NCBI GenBank assembly: GCA_964407105.1
Contig: CAYOUG010000001.1
Location: 8,059-72,058, forward strand
DNA length: 64,000 nucleotides
Direction: 5' to 3'
From: an uncultured Candidatus Saccharibacteria bacterium
GTDB taxonomy: Bacteria > Patescibacteriota > Minisyncoccia > Phycocordibacterales > CALRHW01
Under the pieces are notes generated by a model that was given only the letters and a program-made list of their open reading frames with translations, made no database searches and had not been told where the DNA came from. Positions 59,184-64,000 of this stretch are shown in pieces (positions within the stretch are counted from its first letter, which is position 1; each line of letters begins with the position of its first letter). The position numbers were made by a program, and so were the translations under genes.

Positions 59184-60059
59184 TTATAGACCCTTTTCAG
59201 CCTCAATAAATTCATCGAGTTCACCCCCCAATACTTTTTCAATATCTCTCACTTCTACTTCTGTACGGTGATCTTTTACCATTTGGTAAGGGTGCATCAC
59301 ATACGAGCGTATCTGACTTCCCCATTCATTTTGAGTTGTTTTACTTACATACATACCACTTTCCTTACTTTTTCTATCATCTTCTACCATTTTATAAAGT
59401 TTCCCACGCAAAATTTGCATTGCATGTTCACGATTTTGTGCCTGAGAACGCTCTGAATCTGCATGTACAGCAATACCGCTAGGAATATGCACCACCCGCA
59501 CCGCCGTCTCTCTTTTGTTTACATTTTGTCCACCCGGCCCACTTGAACGTGAAAACTCAAAACGAATATCGTCATCAGGAATATCCAAATCATCAAGTTT
59601 TTCAAATTTTGGAATTACTTCAACCATTGAAAAAGAGGTGTGTCGAAGTTTTTTTGCACTAAAAGGAGAAATGCGAACGAGCCGATGAACCCCAGATTCA
59701 TTTTTTAATGTTCCATAAACATTTTTTCCTATTATTTCAAGCATCACATTACGATAACCCCCGTGATCATTTTCATGTTTGTGTATAAAATTTACACTCC
59801 AATCGTGATTTTGAATATACTTCAAATACATTTCAAGAAGAATGTGCGTAAAATCTTCGGCGTCATCACCTCCAGCACCAGAAAAAATGGTCATGATGGC
59901 GTTACCTTTGTCGTATTTTCCCACCCCCCCAAGCTCATCTTTTAAAGTCTGAAGTTCTTTAATTATATTTTGCGCGAGAACCTTGTCGTTCCAAAAATCA
60001 GGCGCTAGCATACGCGCCTCAATTTCAGCAATTTTTTTCTCAATCTCTTCTTTCTGCAT
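59184..60059 (-). CDS. prfB: peptide chain release factor 2 (no programmed +1 frameshift site evident)
   Basis: SPF and GGQ motifs. The ORF starts in the region equivalent to post-frameshift E. coli RF2. No upstream CUU-UGA-C window was found. Confidence 0.88.
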   Translation of the reverse strand: MQKEEIEKKIAEIEARMLAPDFWNDKVLAQNIIKELQTLKDELGGVGKYDKGNAIMTIFSGAGGDDAEDFTHILLEMYLKYIQNHDWSVNFIHKHENDHGGYRNVMLEIIGKNVYGTLKNESGVHRLVRISPFSAKKLRHTSFSMVEVIPKFEKLDDLDIPDDDIRFEFSRSSGPGGQNVNKRETAVRVVHIPSGIAVHADSERSQAQNREHAMQILRGKLYKMVEDDRKSKESGMYVSKTTQNEWGSQIRSYVMHPYQMVKDHRTEVEVRDIEKVLGGELDEFIEAEKGL

Positions 60060-60130
60060 TGATACAGTGTAACAAAAAGATTACACAAAAGAAAAACCGG
60101 GCACCTTCGTGGGTGCCCGGCTGGATTGTC

Positions 60131-60415
60131 AGAAACGCTGTGTCTGTTCAGGTCATTGGATGGGAAACGTCCCCATGAACATCCATCCTAGCCGTGGTGC
60201 CAAATTGTTACCCCAAAACCCCCTTTGGGATCAGAGTTACTATCAAGCATGCCTACGGCATGTTGTTGCACTTTACGGACACACGCATCTCTGACAATCA
60301 ACACGGAGGATCTTGCGCCCTCTTTATGAGCCTTGCTTGGGAAGTCGCCGTCCGGGTCTAACCCTTTTAGCGCTTCGAGCTCTAAGGCCTACAGATTGCT
60401 CCATGTGAACCAACT
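60131..60415 (-). ncRNA. candidate ~285-nt structured ncRNA (GC ~50%), own promoter and terminator; identity unresolved
   Basis: Minus-strand TTGACA-16-TAGACT promoter (plus coordinates 60423-60450). Terminator hairpin ccgggcacc/ggtgcccgg plus T-run at 60095-60130. No ORF of 60 aa or more on either strand. No RNase P P4, tmRNA tag or SRP domain IV motifs recognised. Confidence 0.35.
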
Positions 60416-60460
60416 GAATACGAGTCTACACCCACAAAAAAACATGTCAAGTGGATATTG

Positions 60461-60533
60461 AGCCACCTCGCAGAATCGAACTGCGGACCCCCACTTTACG
60501 AAAGTGGTGCTCTACCAACTGAGCTAAGGTGGC
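60461..60533 (-). tRNA. tRNA-Thr (anticodon CGT)
   Basis: Reverse complement GCCACCTTAGCTCAGTTGGTAGAGCACCACTTTCGTAAAGTGG...GAGGTGGCT. Confidence 0.85.
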
Positions 60534-60624
60534 GTACATATTTTTTAAGGATACACAAAAAATAACATCTGTGCCATGCATAAAGCGTGCATTGCAAAAG
60601 AAAAAACTTTGACTTTTGTTGCGG

Positions 60625-60697
60625 AGCCGTTGTCCGGGATTGAACCGGAGACCTCGTCATTACCAATGACGTGCTCTACCAACTGAGCTACAACGGC
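60625..60697 (-). tRNA. tRNA-Thr (anticodon GGT)
   Basis: Reverse complement GCCGTTGTAGCTCAGTTGGTAGAGCACGTCATTGGTAATGACG...GACAACGGCT. Confidence 0.85.
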
Positions 60698-60811
60698 ACT
60701 AATTAGTATTTGTGAATCATACTACAGGGTACTTTTTTTTCAATCTTTAGGGATGAATACTTTAGGAAAACTTTAGCACTTCTTGAGCCGTTGTTTTGTA
60801 ATATATATCCA

Positions 60812-61576
60812 ATGGCGAAATACCAAAAAAAACTCATAGCGATCGAACTCAGGAAAAAAGGACTGAGTATTAATGCTATTGCTAAAAAACTTGATATTTC
60901 AAAAGGAACGGTTAGCTTGTGGTGTAAAGATATGAAACTTACAGAAGAACAAAAAAATGTTTTAAAACAAAATACTATAAAAGCTGGTCATAAAGGCAGA
61001 AGTCTGGGAACAGAAAAACAAAAAAAGAAAAAATTGGATATTGTAAATTTTTATAATAACCTTGCAGAAAAAGATGTTGGGGCACTTTCCAATCGAGATT
61101 TTTTACTTATTGCTGCCGCGCTGTATTGGGGAGAAGGAAGTAAAACCAGCAACAGATTTATTTTTGTGAATTCAGACCCAAACATGATTAAATGTATGTA
61201 TATTTTTTTAACAGAAGTGTTAAAAATTGATAAAAATGACATACGACCCACCATACAAATAAACGAAATCCATCGACCACGTATCGACAAGGTCTTAACT
61301 TTTTGGCATATTTTGCTACAATTACCACTTAGTAGCTTCAATAAACCATATTATGTAAAGACCCCACAAAGAAAAGTCTATGCAAACTATGATTCATATT
61401 ATGGAGTACTAAGACTTAAGATCTTGAAGGGATCACGCATACAGTATAGAATACTGGGTCTTATTAAAGCATTATGTCGAGGTAGCTCAATGGTGGAGCA
61501 GTCGTTTCATAAGCGACAGGATATGGGTTCGACTCCCATCCTCGACACTATTTCAGATAATGATTTAGTGTATTGA
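60812..61576 (+). CDS. HTH + LAGLIDADG-like (single-motif) endonuclease-fold protein; the ORF reads through the tRNA-Met gene
   Basis: N-terminal HTH (KGLSINAIAKKLDISKGTVSLW). FLLIAAALYWGEGSKTSNRFIFVNSD resembles LAGLIDADG (GEG in place of DGDG). No in-frame stop until 61576, so the last ~33 codons overlap the tRNA-Met at 61476-61547. Confidence 0.35.
   Translation: MAKYQKKLIAIELRKKGLSINAIAKKLDISKGTVSLWCKDMKLTEEQKNVLKQNTIKAGHKGRSLGTEKQKKKKLDIVNFYNNLAEKDVGALSNRDFLLIAAALYWGEGSKTSNRFIFVNSDPNMIKCMYIFLTEVLKIDKNDIRPTIQINEIHRPRIDKVLTFWHILLQLPLSSFNKPYYVKTPQRKVYANYDSYYGVLRLKILKGSRIQYRILGLIKALCRGSSMVEQSFHKRQDMGSTPILDTISDNDLVY
61476..61547 (+). tRNA. tRNA-Met (anticodon CAT; elongator Met or Ile2/lysidine type, not initiator-like)
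   Basis: GTCGAGGTAGCTCAATGGTGGAGCAGTCGTTTCATAAGCGACAGGATATGGGTTCGACTCCCATCCTCGACA. Lacks the three G-C pairs that mark an initiator anticodon stem. Confidence 0.8.
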
Positions 61577-61611
61577 TATACGAGTCATTGTCTGTTAGAT
61601 TAAAACGTATT

Positions 61612-61685
61612 GCGGTCGTAGCTCAACTGGTTAGAGCACTCGCCTGTCACGTGAGAGGTTGTGGGTTCAAGTCCCATCGGCCGCG
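61612..61685 (+). tRNA. tRNA-Asp (anticodon GTC)
   Basis: GCGGTCGTAGCTCAACTGGTTAGAGCACTCGCCTGTCACGTGAGAGGTTGTGGGTTCAAGTCCCATCGGCCGCG. Confidence 0.85.
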
Positions 61686-61772
61686 CAAATAAAATTTATC
61701 TAAAAAGTCCTTCTTTTGCGGGGTGTTTTTGGTTCTAACCAATGTTTTAGGTACACACATTACCTAATGTGC

Positions 61773-61801
61773 TTGACTTATACAATTAAATATGCTATAT
61801 T
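61773..61801 (+). promoter_or_regulatory. strong sigma70-like promoter TTGACT-17-TATATT
   Basis: ttgacttatacaattaaatatgctatatt; drives the 85-aa Cys/His protein gene. Confidence 0.5.
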
Positions 61802-61820
61802 CGAAGCAGGAGGTCACAAC

Positions 61821-62075
61821 ATGATGACACTGTTTCGTGGTTTTGCCTCGTCCGTCACTGCATTCGTGGATGCGAACAGAGGCGAGAAGTCACGGCTTGA
61901 GAAAATCAGGGGGTGTGATGGTCATTATCATGTCACTTGGCCAATCAAGACGTTCTGCAATACTGCTGAAGAAGTGGTATTTGCAGAAAGCCAGCCACTT
62001 CATGATGTGGAACTTTGTGACGGTTCGTGTTTTGAACACACGACTGTCGCTATGTTCATGGCTGAAGCGTACTAG
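61821..62075 (+). CDS. hypothetical small Cys/His-rich protein (85 aa), GC-rich
   Basis: Perfect SD aggagg 7 nt upstream of ATGATG. Carries CDGHYH...C...CDGSCFEH. The ORF-track version starts upstream at 61716 without SD support. Confidence 0.5.
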   Translation: MMTLFRGFASSVTAFVDANRGEKSRLEKIRGCDGHYHVTWPIKTFCNTAEEVVFAESQPLHDVELCDGSCFEHTTVAMFMAEAY

Positions 62076-62229
62076 CTCCGCACAAAGAAGTCCTAAACTT
62101 CATCTTGTGTGGGGCTTCTTTGTTTACAAAAATAAATAATGTATTAGAGAAGTATTTTGAATAACAGTTCTAACATCGTCCACTAATCCGCGCAAATTAT
62201 ATAAGTTAAAAAAATGCTAGAATAAACCA

Positions 62230-62634
62230 ATGAACACATACAATTGGTACTCACAACTTATCAAACCAACATGGGCTCCTCCTTCGTGGATTTTTGGGCC
62301 AGTATGGACGGTGCTATATGCAATCATCGCCGTTTCTTTTTGTGCAGTTTTTTACAAATCATTCACAGGAAAACTTGCTTGGATCGTAGCTTTGCCTTTT
62401 GTCCTCAATCTAATTTTTAATTTCGCATTCACACCAATTCAATTTGGGCTCAAAAATAATCTTCTGGCTTCTGTTGATATCTTGCTTATTCTTGGCACGC
62501 TCATCTGGGCGCTCTACGTCCTATGGCACGCTTCACCCGAACTTCGTTGGGTGGTTTACGCCAACATTCCATATCTTTTGTGGGGTACATTTGCTACTTT
62601 TTTGCAATTAACAATTACTTATCTGAACAGATAA
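62230..62634 (+). CDS. tspO: TspO/MBR family tryptophan-rich sensory protein
   Basis: 134 aa (short); 4-5 TM helices; W/P-rich signature (LIKPTWAPPSWIFGPVWTVLY). Confidence 0.8.
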   Translation: MNTYNWYSQLIKPTWAPPSWIFGPVWTVLYAIIAVSFCAVFYKSFTGKLAWIVALPFVLNLIFNFAFTPIQFGLKNNLLASVDILLILGTLIWALYVLWHASPELRWVVYANIPYLLWGTFATFLQLTITYLNR

Positions 62635-62702
62635 TGATCAGTTTAGATTTTATTGGGTTATTTATTTTTATTAGTATATTATCTTACTTATAGCTAACTT
62701 CA

Positions 62703-63161
62703 ATGCATAGAAAAGTAAAATCAAAAAAAACTTTTGATCCACGTTTCAAACCAGATTTAACTCCAAAAGAAATGCTTGAGCTGGGTGTGTTTGGTGGATT
62801 ATATTTTTCAGATAGACCGAAGGAGTTTCCAAAAAATTGGTTTACTAAAGCAAAACTATCACCCGACGGAAAACGTCACAAAGAACTTAATTTTTTTGGT
62901 GTAAACGCTAGTCAACCACTCTCTGTGTGGCAAGCCAAGGGCTGGATTCATCCGCAAGATCCTCGTGGTTGGTGGCAGTGGTACTGTCGATATTATATGG
63001 GTCGCAGAACAGATGACGATGAGCGTCAGATTAAAAGATGGCTCGCTATGCGCAGACACATAACACAAATTAAAAATAATTGTCGGGCAGGAGACATTTT
63101 TTGTCGACCCAGACAAAGGCAAGCACTTTTGCACTGGGCATATGATTCAAGAAAGATTTAG
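62703..63161 (+). CDS. hypothetical conserved protein with GW...GWWQWYCRYYMGRR motif
   Basis: 152 aa; basic; no confident family assignment from memory. Confidence 0.45.
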   Translation: MHRKVKSKKTFDPRFKPDLTPKEMLELGVFGGLYFSDRPKEFPKNWFTKAKLSPDGKRHKELNFFGVNASQPLSVWQAKGWIHPQDPRGWWQWYCRYYMGRRTDDDERQIKRWLAMRRHITQIKNNCRAGDIFCRPRQRQALLHWAYDSRKI

Positions 63162-63257
63162 GGAGTTAAGTCGTTCACTAAGTTGCGCAGTAAAAAACAT
63201 AATAAAAAAACGACCTTAGGGGTCATTTTTTTATTCAGCTTATAAAATCTTGTTGCG

Positions 63258-63330
63258 GAGGCCGGAATTGCACCGGCGGCTGGAGGTTATGAGCCTCCCG
63301 AGATACTACTTCTCCACCCCGCTATGAAGA
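63258..63330 (-). other. tRNA-like element (CAT anticodon loop, atypical T-loop TGCAATT and imperfect acceptor); possible tRNA pseudogene
   Basis: Reverse complement AGCGGGGTGGAGAAGTAGTATCTCGGGAGGCTCATAACCTCCAGCCGCCGGTGCAATTCCGGCCTCCGCA. D stem gaga/tctc, anticodon stem ggagg/cctcc and T stem gccgg/ccggc all fold. Position 55 is G and the acceptor has a mismatch. Confidence 0.3.
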
Positions 63331-63374
63331 ACATCATATCATGAAAGTTTAAAAACACAATAGAACTAAGCGGA

Positions 63375-64000
63375 TTATATATACCTAAATTCCTCAAAAA
63401 CGCTTTGGTAAAGCGCCACCACCCTTCGTGCTTCCCTTTCGTCCATCTGAAAAGATGCTTCGTGTGCGATCAAATTGCGTACTTTGTGTGCCTCCCAAGC
63501 GTTGTTTATGGTCGTAAAATCACTCTGCTCTATAGCTTTCAATTTTTCACCAAGTGTTTCTCCGTGATAACCCATACTGTCCACCATTTCATCAAGAATC
63601 GCATCTGCTTCAATTATGGCAATTTTCCAATCGTTTGGATTTACAGACTCAATATGTTTTACCACGCGCTCCCATTTTTTTGCTGCAGGATTTGGAGCAA
63701 TTTCACTGGTTTGTGATTCGCTTGCCTCCAACTGTGCGGGAGTTGGCGCATATTTTTCACTCTCCCTTTTTTGAAGCTTAGAGAGTTTAAATGATGTTGA
63801 AATAATCGCGTACACCAAAAGAGAAGATAGTAAAAAAGAAAGAATTTTTAAATATGGCAAAGCAATTTGCCACCACAATTTAATATTATTTAATAACTGA
63901 TCAATACGAAGCGAACGTGTAAGAGAATTTGAACCAAGAAAATTTGAAAAATTTGCGACAGCGTAGCTTAAAAGAATGATTAAAATGCCAGCTATAATCA
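63375..64000 (-). CDS. membrane-anchored protein with HEPN-like Rx4H motif (5'-partial; continues past window end)
   Basis: The reading frame is open from 64000 with no in-frame stop upstream of the ORF-track TTG start. TM helices; soluble domain ...LGEKLKAIEQSDFTTINNAWEAHKVRNLIAHEASF... with R-N-L-I-A-H matching the HEPN Rx4-6H motif. Confidence 0.4.
   Translation of the reverse strand, partial: IIAGILIILLSYAVANFSNFLGSNSLTRSLRIDQLLNNIKLWWQIALPYLKILSFLLSSLLVYAIISTSFKLSKLQKRESEKYAPTPAQLEASESQTSEIAPNPAAKKWERVVKHIESVNPNDWKIAIIEADAILDEMVDSMGYHGETLGEKLKAIEQSDFTTINNAWEAHKVRNLIAHEASFQMDEREARRVVALYQSVFEEFRYI

Noticed and set aside
60100-60460. RNase P RNA, tmRNA or SRP RNA assignment for the GC-rich noncoding unit
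   Set aside because: No P4/CR-I (GGAAAGTCCGG), no tmRNA tRNA-like T-arm or tag ORF, and no SRP domain IV motif could be recognised by eye. It is left as an unclassified candidate ncRNA.

Overview
This is a 64 kb low-GC (about 35–40%) bacterial chromosomal window, densely packed with housekeeping genes, mostly on the minus strand. The gene content and the tRNA and copper-homeostasis loci are consistent with a small-genome bacterium, possibly Patescibacteria/CPR, but the lineage is not provable from sequence alone.

Recognisable genes include:
- replication and division genes (serS, dprA-topA, parB, gyrB, ftsE-ftsX);
- translation factors and ribosomal proteins (tsf-rpsB, prfA, prfB, rpmG, rpmE, rplY, pheS-pheT);
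- chaperones groES-groEL and a glycolysis/pentose-phosphate block (fba, a pfkB kinase, split transketolase, rpe, rpiB, gap);
- a copper-homeostasis operon (csoR-copA plus an HMA permease and a small secreted protein) with a CsoR operator palindrome;
- pyrG, the RNA-turnover genes rnj and miaA, and eleven tRNA genes plus one tRNA-like element.

The features the gene models do not explain are:
1. Two families of intergenic nested-hairpin repeat elements (4 and 3 copies), mostly at gene 3' ends. One has a conserved ~29-nt core inside co-varying arms; the other has a conserved GC-rich core.
2. Several short GC-rich (50–65%) islands in the AT-rich background, carrying unknown, partly secreted proteins and likely horizontally acquired.
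3. A duplicated tRNA-Gln 3' end (an att-like scar) next to the csoR promoter.
4. Two promoter-to-terminator noncoding or small-ORF transcription units (13.9 kb on the plus strand; a ~285-nt GC-rich unit at 60.1–60.4 kb on the minus strand).
5. A surface protein with 17 tandem hexapeptide repeats.
6. A protein with an HTH and a LAGLIDADG-like motif whose ORF reads through a tRNA-Met gene.
7. A membrane-anchored HEPN-motif protein at the window edge.

No CRISPR array, rRNA, integrase or transposase was seen.
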